This document shows, piece by piece, positions 19,840-29,850 of a stretch of 64,000 bases of DNA (position 1 is its first letter; the number at the start of each line of letters is the position of its first letter). The notes under the pieces were generated by a model. The model ran no database searches. It saw nothing but the letters and a program-made list of their open reading frames with translations, and was not told the DNA's origin. The DNA comes from a bacterium. GTDB taxonomy: Bacteria > Hinthialibacterota > Hinthialibacteria > Hinthialibacterales > Hinthialibacteraceae. Made by a program: the position numbers and the translations under genes. The DNA lies in contig CAXXSM010000118.1 of assembly GCA_963663405.2 (NCBI GenBank), positions 143,496-207,495 on the forward strand. The letters are read 5' to 3'.

Positions 19840-20937
19840 ATGGACATTTCCGCGCTTTTAAAAACATTGACGGTGGAAGGGGCTTCTGATTTATATTTGA
19901 AAGTCGGTCTTCCTCCCTCCATTCGAGTGCATGGCAATGTAATGAGAATGGACGCGGCCGCCGTGACGGACGCAGATATGGACGCAGTAATCAAGCTATT
20001 ATTGACGGACCACCAGTTGCGAATCTTTCAAGAACGGCCCGATTTGGACTTCGCTCACGCGCTGGATTCAGGAAATCGGTTCCGGATCAACCTATTTCGT
20101 CAGCAGGGACATATCGGTCTTGTGGCCCGCGCCATACACGACGCCGATTTGTCGTTCATTAAACTACATCTGCCACCTGTCGTGCGGGAGATGGCGGAAC
20201 TGCCGCGCGGTTTGGTGTTAATTACCGGCGCGACGGGCAGCGGCAAATCGACGTCGCTGGCGGCGATGATCACGCATATTAATAAAAATTTCTCCCGGCA
20301 CATCGTCACGGTGGAAGATCCAATCGAATTCATTCATACGGATCAGAAATCAGTGATCAACCAACGGGAGGTAGGCTTTGACACACACAGTTTCGGAGAC
20401 GCCCTGCGGCATGTCGTGCGGCAAAGCCCGGACGTGATTCTCATCGGTGAGATGCGCGACAACGAAACGATGATGACGGCGATCGCCGCCGCCGAAACAG
20501 GGCACCTGGTTTTAACGACTCTGCATACAGCGGATGTCTCCCATACATTGGACCGGATCATTAACTATTTCCCCGACCATCTAAAGAATCAGGTGCGGCA
20601 GGAACTAGCGTTATCGCTGGAGGGAATTCTCTGCATGCGTTTGGTACGGCGCGCCGATGGAAAAGGACGGATTCCCGCTTTGGAGATCCTGCGCACGACT
20701 TCAAGTGTAAAACAAGCGTTACTGGATGGGGAGTTGTGGCGTTTGAAAGAATTGATGCAGAAAGGGCGTGAATTCGGGATGCAGACGTTCAATCAGTCTT
20801 TGCTGGATCTCCATCAGCAGGAAATTGTCACGTTTGAAGAAGCGATGCGCGCATCCACGAATCCGGAAGAGTTCAAATTGAACGCGCAAGGGATGTTTAC
20901 CGGTACGGATTCGGTCGCTCTCTACAATCAGGAATAG
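19840..20937 (+). CDS. PilT/PilU-family pilus retraction ATPase
   Basis: GASDLYL, RFRINLF, GATGSGKST, TVEDPIE, QREVG, PDVILIGEMRD, AAETGHLVLTTLH, GMQTFNQSL. Lacks the canonical PilT AIRNLIRE motif. Confidence 0.93.
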   Translation: MDISALLKTLTVEGASDLYLKVGLPPSIRVHGNVMRMDAAAVTDADMDAVIKLLLTDHQLRIFQERPDLDFAHALDSGNRFRINLFRQQGHIGLVARAIHDADLSFIKLHLPPVVREMAELPRGLVLITGATGSGKSTSLAAMITHINKNFSRHIVTVEDPIEFIHTDQKSVINQREVGFDTHSFGDALRHVVRQSPDVILIGEMRDNETMMTAIAAAETGHLVLTTLHTADVSHTLDRIINYFPDHLKNQVRQELALSLEGILCMRLVRRADGKGRIPALEILRTTSSVKQALLDGELWRLKELMQKGREFGMQTFNQSLLDLHQQEIVTFEEAMRASTNPEEFKLNAQGMFTGTDSVALYNQE

Positions 20938-21051
20938 ACTGAATTCAATTTTACCAATCTTGATATGTTCCGTACAGATTTCATTCCTCTGCGGATTTGA
21001 TCGATACTCTATCACCTTCCTTTCTTATTTCGTTACAGGAGAATATGCAGA

Positions 21052-22200
21052 ATGCCGCGTAACTGTATGTGGATTGGGTTATCTCTATTATTTGTATGGC
21101 CTGTTTTGGCGGAAGAGCGAACAGTTATTCATTCTCTATCTGATTATTCACCACCGAAAATCGAATTGGAATGGACTGTTCCCGGTCCGGTTTCAGAAGC
21201 GACCTGCGCGCTCTTTTGGGATCATGTGAAGAGCGGTGAACTGGTTGTATGGAAGCCGGTTCCTGGATGGATCCCGTCTCCGGCTACATCAACGACTTTT
21301 CAAGGATCGCATAGGGAAGAATATCAATTTCGAATTGCAAAAACATCCCCCCCCGGACGTGAAATGATGACGCTCGTCGATTACGAACGAAAAAGCGATA
21401 TGCGCCGATTTACCTATTTCGGTTACCAGGTCGGGATCAATGGTGGATTTGAATTCGAGACGGAGAATCCAATTGAAGGAAAGCGAAGCATGACGATGTA
21501 TTTCCAGCGCGGGAAAAAGGAATACAAAGATTTAGCGCCGGACATCCAGATCGGTTTTCCCTATATTGATACTGAAATTGAGCGGGATTGGTCATCGTTC
21601 CAGTATTTAGAATTCCTGTATTGGCTTGACGCGCCAAGTGATATGAATCTATTTATCCGGTCGGCGTCGAAAGAATGGACCGCGCCGGTTCTTTCATTTT
21701 CTGAAACAGGAGACGCATTGCGGCAATGGCATTCGATCGTTGTGGATTTAGATAAAGAGTTCGGCTCTCCCGAAGAGAGAACGCTGATCAAGAGTCTTGC
21801 GTTTTTAATTCCTGAAAAAAAGGTGGATCAAAAACAAGGCCATTCATTCAAACTGGACACTCTCAGGCTCTGGGCCTCACGGGATTTTTACCCCACCCAA
21901 ATCGACGCCACACCTCCTCCACTACCTCGAAATATCGAATATCAAATCCAAAACGGAAAAATCGAATGGACCTGGGACGCGCCGGAAGAAGATCTTTCTG
22001 AGATCAAGGGATACACCTGCGATTTTGTGCGAAACCGGAATATGGCGATGCCGGATCAGATTCTTACAACGGAGACACAGATATCCTTTCCATTCCAGAA
22101 ACCACCCTATTACGCCGTCTTTTATTTCCGGATCAGGGCGCAGAATACGGCTGGAGTTTGGTCGGATGTTGTTACGAAAAGCGTTGTTTGTAAACCATGA
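21052..22200 (+). CDS. Secreted protein with a CBM-like central domain and a C-terminal FN3-like domain
   Basis: Signal peptide. Central RDWSSFQYLEF...WHSIVVDL. C-terminal DATPPPLP...WTWDAP...YFRIRAQNTAGVWS. Confidence 0.7.
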   Translation: MPRNCMWIGLSLLFVWPVLAEERTVIHSLSDYSPPKIELEWTVPGPVSEATCALFWDHVKSGELVVWKPVPGWIPSPATSTTFQGSHREEYQFRIAKTSPPGREMMTLVDYERKSDMRRFTYFGYQVGINGGFEFETENPIEGKRSMTMYFQRGKKEYKDLAPDIQIGFPYIDTEIERDWSSFQYLEFLYWLDAPSDMNLFIRSASKEWTAPVLSFSETGDALRQWHSIVVDLDKEFGSPEERTLIKSLAFLIPEKKVDQKQGHSFKLDTLRLWASRDFYPTQIDATPPPLPRNIEYQIQNGKIEWTWDAPEEDLSEIKGYTCDFVRNRNMAMPDQILTTETQISFPFQKPPYYAVFYFRIRAQNTAGVWSDVVTKSVVCKP

Positions 22201-22260
22201 TAGTGAACGTTTCTGTGATATAATTACAGTCAAACATTTAAATTATCCAGGAGGCAGGAA

Positions 22261-22725
22261 ATGCGTCTTTATCTCGCGCAACATGGGGAAGCGGAGCCGA
22301 AAAAAAACAATCCGGACCGGCCATTAACCGTGAAAGGATCGTTCGACGTTAGGAAGATCGCTGTATTTCTCGAAAGCGCCGGTGTTCGTGTCACCGATAT
22401 CTGGCACAGTGGAAAAATTCGCGCGCGGCAGACCGCTGAAATTCTGGCGCAGGCTTTGAAGGCTAACGGGAATGTTAAACAACGCGAAGGTTTGGCGCCG
22501 AATGATCCAGTGGATGAGATCAAAGCGAAAATTGACAATCGAAAAGAAGATTTGTTGATTGTGGGGCATTTACCCTTCTTGGCGAAGTTGGCTTCCTTGT
22601 TGATTACAGATGATGAGACGAGGAATGTGGTAATATTCCAGACGGGATGCGTTCTTTGTCTTGAACGCGATGAGGATAGTGGATGGTCTGTGTGTTGGAT
22701 GGCGCCTCCGGATTTACTCACATAA
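22261..22725 (+). CDS. sixA: Phosphohistidine phosphatase SixA
   Basis: MRLYLAQHGEA, RPLT, IWHSGKIRARQTA, LLIVGHLPFL. Confidence 0.9.
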   Translation: MRLYLAQHGEAEPKKNNPDRPLTVKGSFDVRKIAVFLESAGVRVTDIWHSGKIRARQTAEILAQALKANGNVKQREGLAPNDPVDEIKAKIDNRKEDLLIVGHLPFLAKLASLLITDDETRNVVIFQTGCVLCLERDEDSGWSVCWMAPPDLLT

Positions 22726-22761
22726 ATTTTTTACGTTTTGATTGAGCCACTACATCAATTC

Positions 22762-24276
22762 TCATATCAACCATTTATCAATAGCATTTCTCATCCCTTT
22801 CTTTATGATATCTTCAAGACTTCGGCTAACCGCATCACACAAACCATCAATCAATGTTAAATCTTGCCCCCATAATTCCTCGTTGGATATGATGTTTTTA
22901 ACGAGCGTAGACACGTCGTTATCTTTTTCATACGTTTCCCACTGCGTATTAATAAATTGTATTGAATCCATCTCGTCCTGAATGGGGTATTCTTCCCCGC
23001 CTCGCTGTCCCAAACTTCCATCTTTAGTCGTTCGCGCGCTGCGGTAGAAGAAAAGCAACACAGCGAGAGAGGAGGATAGGAGCGGCGGTATTCTTTGTTT
23101 GATTCGGATGTACTCAAGGATAGATGGGAGGATGCGAACTTTCCATTTTTGAATCGAGTGGACGGAAATGGTCAGGAGTTCGTGATGGATGAATGGATTC
23201 TTGAATCGTTCCAAAACCGATTCCGCATACGGCTTCTTCTCCCTTTCATCAATCGGGAGAACGGGAAGAATTTCTTCGAATATGACTGCGCGAAGGTATT
23301 TCGAAAACAATTCTTCTTCCATCATTTCCCTGACTGTATTTAATCCTGCGATGTACGCTGCCAGTACGGAGGCGGTATGCGAACCATTCAGGACTCGTAT
23401 TTTCCGGTTGCGATAGGCGGAGAGATCGTTCGTCCAGATCACATTTAATCCCGCTTCGTAAAACGGGATCTCTTCCGCGAGATGTTGAGGGCCTTCGATC
23501 ACCCATAGATGAAAGACCTCACCCATTGTCAATAGGGTGTCTTGATAACCGAGTTCCTGGAAGAGTGTTGGAGCGTCATCGTGGGGATAGCCGGGAACGA
23601 TCCGGTCAACAAGAGTATTGACGAAATAGCAACCATGTTCGATCCATACTCTGAAATCATCTTCGAATCCCCATTCTTCTGATAGTTGAATAATAATGGA
23701 TCGAAGGATGTCTCCATTTTGTTCGATCAATTCACATGGAATGACAATAACGCCTTTCGACACATCGCCTTGGAAATATTGATATCGCTCATGCAAAAAG
23801 GCCGTGACTTTTCCGGGGAAAGAGTGCGGGCATTGATCTGTTCTAAATGATTCCTGTTGATACGTAATGCCCATCTCTGTTGTATTGGAAAACAGGAATC
23901 GGAGATCGGGATTTCGGGCGCATTCTAAAACAGCCCACCATTCTTGATAGGGATTGATTCCCTTTTGAATCACGGTGATGAGATGCCGTTCATCGATGAT
24001 CTCACCCTGTTCGATTCCACGAAGAACGGCTGTATAGAGACCATCCTGTTCGTTAATCTCTACAATACGCCCTTCTTCAATCGGTTGAACGACGATGACT
24101 TTTCCGTTCCATAAACCTTTACGATTCAATTCATCCAGCATCCAATCCATGAAGGTTCGGAGAAAGTTCCCTTCCCCGAACTGAATCGCGCGGACGGGAA
24201 AATCATCGAGTGGACCGACGGTTAAATTTTGCGTGTCGCTGATTTGCGAGAGCATCTTCTTGGATAGGCGTTCCAT
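22762..24276 (-). CDS. uxaB: Tagaturonate (altronate) reductase
   Basis: QFGEGNFLR, SNTTEMGI, SFPGKVT, PCELI, NTLVDRIVPG, RKIRVLNGSHT, RFKNPFI. Confidence 0.92.
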   Translation of the reverse strand: MERLSKKMLSQISDTQNLTVGPLDDFPVRAIQFGEGNFLRTFMDWMLDELNRKGLWNGKVIVVQPIEEGRIVEINEQDGLYTAVLRGIEQGEIIDERHLITVIQKGINPYQEWWAVLECARNPDLRFLFSNTTEMGITYQQESFRTDQCPHSFPGKVTAFLHERYQYFQGDVSKGVIVIPCELIEQNGDILRSIIIQLSEEWGFEDDFRVWIEHGCYFVNTLVDRIVPGYPHDDAPTLFQELGYQDTLLTMGEVFHLWVIEGPQHLAEEIPFYEAGLNVIWTNDLSAYRNRKIRVLNGSHTASVLAAYIAGLNTVREMMEEELFSKYLRAVIFEEILPVLPIDEREKKPYAESVLERFKNPFIHHELLTISVHSIQKWKVRILPSILEYIRIKQRIPPLLSSSLAVLLFFYRSARTTKDGSLGQRGGEEYPIQDEMDSIQFINTQWETYEKDNDVSTLVKNIISNEELWGQDLTLIDGLCDAVSRSLEDIIKKGMRNAIDKWLI

Positions 24277-24455
24277 AATAACTATCCATTTCTTTTTATT
24301 TTGATTTTTTTTATACCAAACGGGATAGCGATTATTGTACTGTCAGAATGCGGTATTGAACAATGAAAGCGCAGAAAAACATAAAGGCTCCGGCGCAAGG
24401 GCCTATGTTTGCTCTTGGCGCCCATTCTGGTACAAGCGCCGACCTTAAGCCTTTT

Positions 24456-24722
24456 CTACTTGGGCTTTTTGTAAATTGCCTTCAGTAGTGAATAGATTCC
24501 TGCGTATTGATAGCGGCTGTCTACGTAATTTTCGAGTACGTAAAATAAGAAATAATAAAACCTTGCTGATGACCATATGACCATTATGAGCAAGAACAAT
24601 GTTTCGAAATCAAAATGTTTTACTATGAGTATTCCTGATGACGCTGCTAAGAGGAAAAGAAATAGGAAGCCTTTGAAGATAATGAGATTTTTATTTTTTA
24701 TATCTTTACTCTTCATATTCAC
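24456..24722 (-). CDS. Small conserved-looking membrane protein
   Basis: 88 aa with 2 TM segments and an RFYYFLFYVLENYVD motif. The start may be 24716. Confidence 0.6.
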   Translation of the reverse strand: MNMKSKDIKNKNLIIFKGFLFLFLLAASSGILIVKHFDFETLFLLIMVIWSSARFYYFLFYVLENYVDSRYQYAGIYSLLKAIYKKPK

Positions 24723-24794
24723 TATTTCGAGTTCAGCCAGATCTTTTTAGAATTGGATAGAATTTGGCATTTTCATGGGACTGAATTCAGTTGT

Positions 24795-25943
24795 TTAGAC
24801 TGTTGTTGTACTACTCTCTAACAATTCTTGAGGTAAGACGGTTAGGGGATCGATTGGGCGGCCGTTTTGGTGGATTTCAAGTTGTAGATGAGGGCCGGTG
24901 GAAATACCGGTGTTTCCGGAAAGGCCGATGCGGTCGGTTGCCTCCACATGCTCTCCAGTTTGATAATTTCGTTGTGAAAGATGGCCGTAAAGAGACTGGG
25001 TTCCATCACCGTGATCGATTTCGATCGTTTCCCCGTATCCTCTCAAGGTTCCCGAAAATACGACTGTTCCCGCTTTAACAGGATTAATGGGTGTGCCTGT
25101 TTCCAAAGCAAGATCAATTCCATTATGGAAGCGTTGATTACCAAAGATAGGATGTACGCGCATACCAAAACCGGAAGTAATCCGTCCCGTAGCGGGTACC
25201 TGGAAATCATCTAGTATTAAGTTTGATTCCACCTGGGCGACAGACGCTTTACTTTTAGTGGAAATAATGGATGACAGATCGATTGTCTGCCCCACTCGGA
25301 TATAATCTGGATTTTGGATACCGTTTCGATTGGCAACCTGTGTGACCAATCGGTAGATATCCGCTGTCCGGAAAGGGATATTTTGCGATCGCAGTTCAGA
25401 GGCAACAATCTCGGATAGGGTATCTCCCCGTTTCACTTTGTATAAGGAAGTCTCTTCAACTGCTTTAGTATCTGTTTGGTTTGATTCCACCACTGCAATT
25501 TTGGGGGAGGAAGCGGAATCCGTTTTGGACTTGGAATCGGACGAATCGACCGGTTTTGAATCCATTGGAACCGCGGTAAAGGGAACCTTTAAAAGTTCCA
25601 TTAAGTTTTGTTTCGTAACCTTCTGATTTTCAATATGTTGAGAAACATCTTTATTTGATTGTTTTGGTTCAGATTCAGTAATTTCAGAGGAAACAGGATT
25701 GGACGCTGATTTGTTGTCCTTGGATTGTGATGACCCAGCCTTTGGCGTGACGGATAAGGCGTTCAAACTGAGTGATTCCGCTGTCAAAACGGGAGTTGGT
25801 TTTTGCCGGGTTTGTTCCGCCAACACATCTTCAAACGCTTTCGACGGATTGGGATTACTGGAGATCCGCCTTCGCTCTGTGGAAGATACGCTGGATTTAT
25901 GTATTGGTTCGACGTCTAGAGGATCGATAAAAGGTTCGACCAT
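24795..25943 (-). CDS. LysM plus M23 peptidase protein
   Basis: LysM YKVKRGDTLSEI...YIRVGQTI. M23 HNGIDL, YGHL, STGPHLQLE. AGGAG RBS before ATG 25943. Confidence 0.88.
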   Translation of the reverse strand: MVEPFIDPLDVEPIHKSSVSSTERRRISSNPNPSKAFEDVLAEQTRQKPTPVLTAESLSLNALSVTPKAGSSQSKDNKSASNPVSSEITESEPKQSNKDVSQHIENQKVTKQNLMELLKVPFTAVPMDSKPVDSSDSKSKTDSASSPKIAVVESNQTDTKAVEETSLYKVKRGDTLSEIVASELRSQNIPFRTADIYRLVTQVANRNGIQNPDYIRVGQTIDLSSIISTKSKASVAQVESNLILDDFQVPATGRITSGFGMRVHPIFGNQRFHNGIDLALETGTPINPVKAGTVVFSGTLRGYGETIEIDHGDGTQSLYGHLSQRNYQTGEHVEATDRIGLSGNTGISTGPHLQLEIHQNGRPIDPLTVLPQELLESSTTTV

Positions 25944-25973
25944 CGTTCCACTCCTGCCCAATAAACGCGGCGA

Positions 25974-27072
25974 TTAGACCGAAAACCGAAACGTGATAAC
26001 ATCGCCGTCTTGTACGATATATTCTTTGCCTTCCAGCCGGAACTTACCCGCTTTTTTGACCGCGTCTTCCGATCCGTACTCTTTCATTTCATCAAACGCG
26101 ATCACTTCCGCCCTGATAAATCCCCGTTCGATATCACTGTGAATCTTTCCTGCGGCCTTTTGGGCGTGAATACCGATCGGGATTGTCCACGCGCGGACCT
26201 CATCCGGCCCATAGGTGAGAAACGATTGCTGACGGAGAATCCGATACGATTCTTGAATGACCTGCCCAGCGGCGGGACCTTCCAATCCAGACGCTTCAAA
26301 ATAATCCGCCCATTCCTCTTCAGGAAATTCAAGCAAATCGCATTCCAAATTTGCGTTCATCACTACGGTTGACAATCCCCAGCGTTCACAGGTTTTTTCC
26401 AACTGATCCAGCCATTCCCGCTCTCCATCATGGGTCAGGTCGGAGACATTTGGCGCTACGAGCATCTGCTTGCCAGAGAGGAGGCCGTAAGGGCGAATAT
26501 AACGGCCAATTTCTTCATCTGTGGGAGAGACGGTGAAAATCGGCTGGTTTTCTTCAAGCGCTTTGAGAAAACGTTCAAGGGATTCTTTTTCCGCATCAAG
26601 TTCTTTCCGTTTATCCATCTGTTTATTCCACGCGTCGCCGATGCGAGGGAGGCGTTTTTCAATGACGCTCATATCCGCTAAGATGAGTTCGGTCAGGATC
26701 GTATCCAAGTCTCTGGCAGGATCGATCGTCCCCTTCTGGATGGGGAACCGAATCGGAATGAAAGACACGAACAGTGATAAGCAAGGCTTCCATATCGCGG
26801 AGATGCCCTAAAAATTCAGCGCTGAAACCGCCCTTTTCCCCCGCTCCCTTCGTGAGTCCCGCCACGTCCGTAAATTCGGCGGTGGCGTAGGTGATCTTTT
26901 TTGGTTTGTAGATTTCCGCCAGCGCGTCCACACGCGCATCGGGCACACGAGCGACTCCCCGGTTGGCGTTTTTCCGCGTACCGGCGATGGAAGTGTCCGC
27001 GTGGCCGTGTGTCAACGCGTTGAAAACGGTGGTTTTTCCTGAAGTGGGTAATCCAATAATTCCTATTTGCAT
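25974..27072 (-). CDS. ychF: Redox-regulated ATPase YchF, split by one extra base in a G4 run (26730-26733)
   Basis: IGIIGLPTSGKTT and DVAGL in the upstream frame. IHSDIERGFIRAEV and EGKEYIVQDGD in the downstream frame. Removing one G gives HPEG-TIDPARDL. Confidence 0.92.
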
Positions 27073-27455
27073 TGTACTATCAGCCCTTTAGATTAAATGT
27101 CAACAAATCGGCAATAAATTCATGAACTTTGTTTATTATAGGCAAAAAATTCCATCCTTGAATGCGAGGATTCGATTTTTAGGTTGAAGATAAAAGCTTC
27201 GGCATAAGCGCTGGTTGATTTTGTTACATTCAAATGTCCAGTAGAGATTAAGAGAGTGGGTATGCGGAAATTGTGAATCATCTTATTGTACATATTGACA
27301 AAAAAAAATGAACGGAAAACACGTAGACACATTAAATTATTCTTGACTTTTAATCAAGCGTATCATAAATTCTTGAAACCATTGAATATTTTAATCGTAT
27401 GACAATCACTAATTGACAACACATAACACAGAATCTGAAAAGAAAGGAAGCGACG

Positions 27456-29762
27456 ATGCGAGCAGGTGAACGACCACTCAAGAGCAAGAACGTACACCGA
27501 TGTTTTATGACAGGTAGAACGTGTATTCACGAGCAGGAGATTTCGAAGCGACAAGAAGATATTGAGAAAAAAGTAGGAGGAGATAGTGCTTTCGTCGTCA
27601 TGCCGTTTACTCCCGACCTTGATGCCATCTACGCTTGGCAAATCAAACCATTCCTAGAAAGAGGTGGTGACAACAAGAGGCAAACTTACTCTTGTCAGGT
27701 GCAGCGTGCAGATGATGTCTGGCAAGTCGGTTTTATCATCTGCACGAAGATCTGCAAACAGATTCAGATGGCGAATCTTGTGGTTGTTGATCTCACATAT
27801 AATAATCCTAACGTTTTCTACGAGTTTGGGATAAGCGCAGCTTTACGAAAACGGATTCTACCAATTGCAATGGGGAGAGAACTCGACAAGAACAACCGCT
27901 CAGAGTACCTGAAACGGTCTTTTGGTATCGAAGGAACATTTTCATCTGGAGATAGTTCTCACTGTAAAGTGATTTCGTATCCCGACTTTGGATACATGGT
28001 GGGTGACATTAGTGAATCGGAGTATAACACATCCGGACTCCCTGAAAGTGCGAATGGTGATCAAGTTCTTATTATTCATGAATCAGACTTTAAAATAGAA
28101 ATACCTAATAAGCATGGTTATGGCGATCCTCCTTCTTCAGAATATTCGTTCGGCAAGATTTGCAATACGGCAACGTCGACAGCTATAAGATCTATTTTCT
28201 ATCCTACTAACTCAGAAACAAGTACTAAAGCGGACGAGATAGGAAAACTGACCGATACGAAGAGGAGATATAGAGACAAGATCGCGAAACGATTTCAGGG
28301 ATCATCAGATGAATTATCGGAAATGGATTTCGTTAAGAACATGGTTGTTGAGATGGACCTATCGAAGACTAACTTCAGTGACATCTCCAAAGCTATTGTA
28401 CAGTCTGGGTGTGTCATCATAGACATCCGCAATCACGATCCACGAGCGTTCTTCTGGCTGGGATACCTTCATGCAATCGGAGCACACGTCATACCAGTTA
28501 ATGTCTCACCAATAACCTTAGAAGGGGACGGTAGGCAGCAGAGCACAATGGCCTTCGACATCGCTGGACTCTGGTACGCTCAGTTTAATGCGAAAGAGCC
28601 CCTTGTCTTTGAAACAACACTATGTGATATCCTTGGATACATTTATGATGAGAAGGCGAAGCAACTTCAGAAGGATGCCTTCTGGCAGAAGATCCTCTCC
28701 GATAGACCTGTTTCTGTCTTCCTCGGGACTGTCAGTGAGGAAAAACTTGGTAGAAATAGTCTCGGAGATTGGGACTATAGATCAGCAGCGGAAATCACGA
28801 GTTTCCTTTCCCAGAAATCCCACAAGGTCGTTCTTGAGAATCCGATCATCAAACCAACCAATCCAGATAGTGTACGACCGATGGAAGAAGGGGCTGATTA
28901 CCTTCAAAGACTTCGAGGACACTTGACGAGAAAAAACTGCATTATTATTGGGAGTTCCGATATCAACGAACTCACAGAAGTAGTCTGGGCAACCATACAC
29001 GGACACAAACCATTTACCTCTATTCCGGTTGAAGAGACAACTAATTCTAACAAAGATGATATAAACTGCTTCATAGCATTTAAGCAATACAAAGGATTGG
29101 AAAGCGAGGACAAGAAGCGGCTATTCGGGTACGGTTCGCAAGGGATGTCTTCGTTTATCCTTGAAGATGCGAAGGAGAATGCTAAAGAAAAGAGAGGATT
29201 TATATTTAGAGAAGGAAATGCTACACAGGCGGAAATACTCCAGGAATTCATCTCGCATCAATCAGTTGAAGCGGGAAATCCTGTATTAAGGAAACTCTAT
29301 GGGCAGCTTATTGTCTGTCGAAATCCCTGGTACAGCGACAACTGGATTGTTATCATTAACGGAACAAGTGGTCCCGCAACTCTTGGCATCACGCAAATTC
29401 TTACTGGATGTCAGTACAAAGACTTCACAATGCGATCTGACGCTGTCCCTCGAGAAGTGAAAGAACAGATGTTTCGTGAATGGTCAAAAGGAACACCAGA
29501 ATCAATTCATCAAGGTGAAATGCCAAGCTATAATGAACTGTCGGAGAACCTACTTACTGAGTGCTTAAAATTCTTTGAAGGTGAAATGTCAGGATTCGAA
29601 GCGATGATCGAGGTAGGCGTGTACTACCCGTCTGAAGAACTTCTGAATGATGAAAGAAAAGTAGTTGGATGGAGATTCACAAATGTGGAGAAAAAAACGA
29701 GTGGCGTGAAACTGACAAATCCGCGAAAAAGGGATTGGTTGTTTGAATCCACAAGTGAATAG
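27456..29762 (+). CDS. 768-aa protein with tandem nucleoside-2-deoxyribosyltransferase-like domains and an unknown C-terminal domain
   Basis: Domain 1: AFVVMPF...RADD...VVVDLTYNNPNVFYEFG. Domain 2: VIIDIRNHDPRAFFWLG...FDIAG. C-terminal IIIGSSDIN...GQLIVCRNPW...INGTSGPAT. Confidence 0.7.
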   Translation: MRAGERPLKSKNVHRCFMTGRTCIHEQEISKRQEDIEKKVGGDSAFVVMPFTPDLDAIYAWQIKPFLERGGDNKRQTYSCQVQRADDVWQVGFIICTKICKQIQMANLVVVDLTYNNPNVFYEFGISAALRKRILPIAMGRELDKNNRSEYLKRSFGIEGTFSSGDSSHCKVISYPDFGYMVGDISESEYNTSGLPESANGDQVLIIHESDFKIEIPNKHGYGDPPSSEYSFGKICNTATSTAIRSIFYPTNSETSTKADEIGKLTDTKRRYRDKIAKRFQGSSDELSEMDFVKNMVVEMDLSKTNFSDISKAIVQSGCVIIDIRNHDPRAFFWLGYLHAIGAHVIPVNVSPITLEGDGRQQSTMAFDIAGLWYAQFNAKEPLVFETTLCDILGYIYDEKAKQLQKDAFWQKILSDRPVSVFLGTVSEEKLGRNSLGDWDYRSAAEITSFLSQKSHKVVLENPIIKPTNPDSVRPMEEGADYLQRLRGHLTRKNCIIIGSSDINELTEVVWATIHGHKPFTSIPVEETTNSNKDDINCFIAFKQYKGLESEDKKRLFGYGSQGMSSFILEDAKENAKEKRGFIFREGNATQAEILQEFISHQSVEAGNPVLRKLYGQLIVCRNPWYSDNWIVIINGTSGPATLGITQILTGCQYKDFTMRSDAVPREVKEQMFREWSKGTPESIHQGEMPSYNELSENLLTECLKFFEGEMSGFEAMIEVGVYYPSEELLNDERKVVGWRFTNVEKKTSGVKLTNPRKRDWLFESTSE

Positions 29763-29850
29763 GGAAGTAACAAGAGAACAAAACCTTTTACATGGCGGCA
29801 TGGATTTCAAAAATAAGATTTAAATTCTATGTGCAGATAAATTGTATTTT

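Noticed and set aside
27073-27455. Retron msr-msd or other ncRNA partner for the NDT-like gene
   Set aside because: No reverse transcriptase in the window and no convincing long inverted repeats in this AT-rich spacer.
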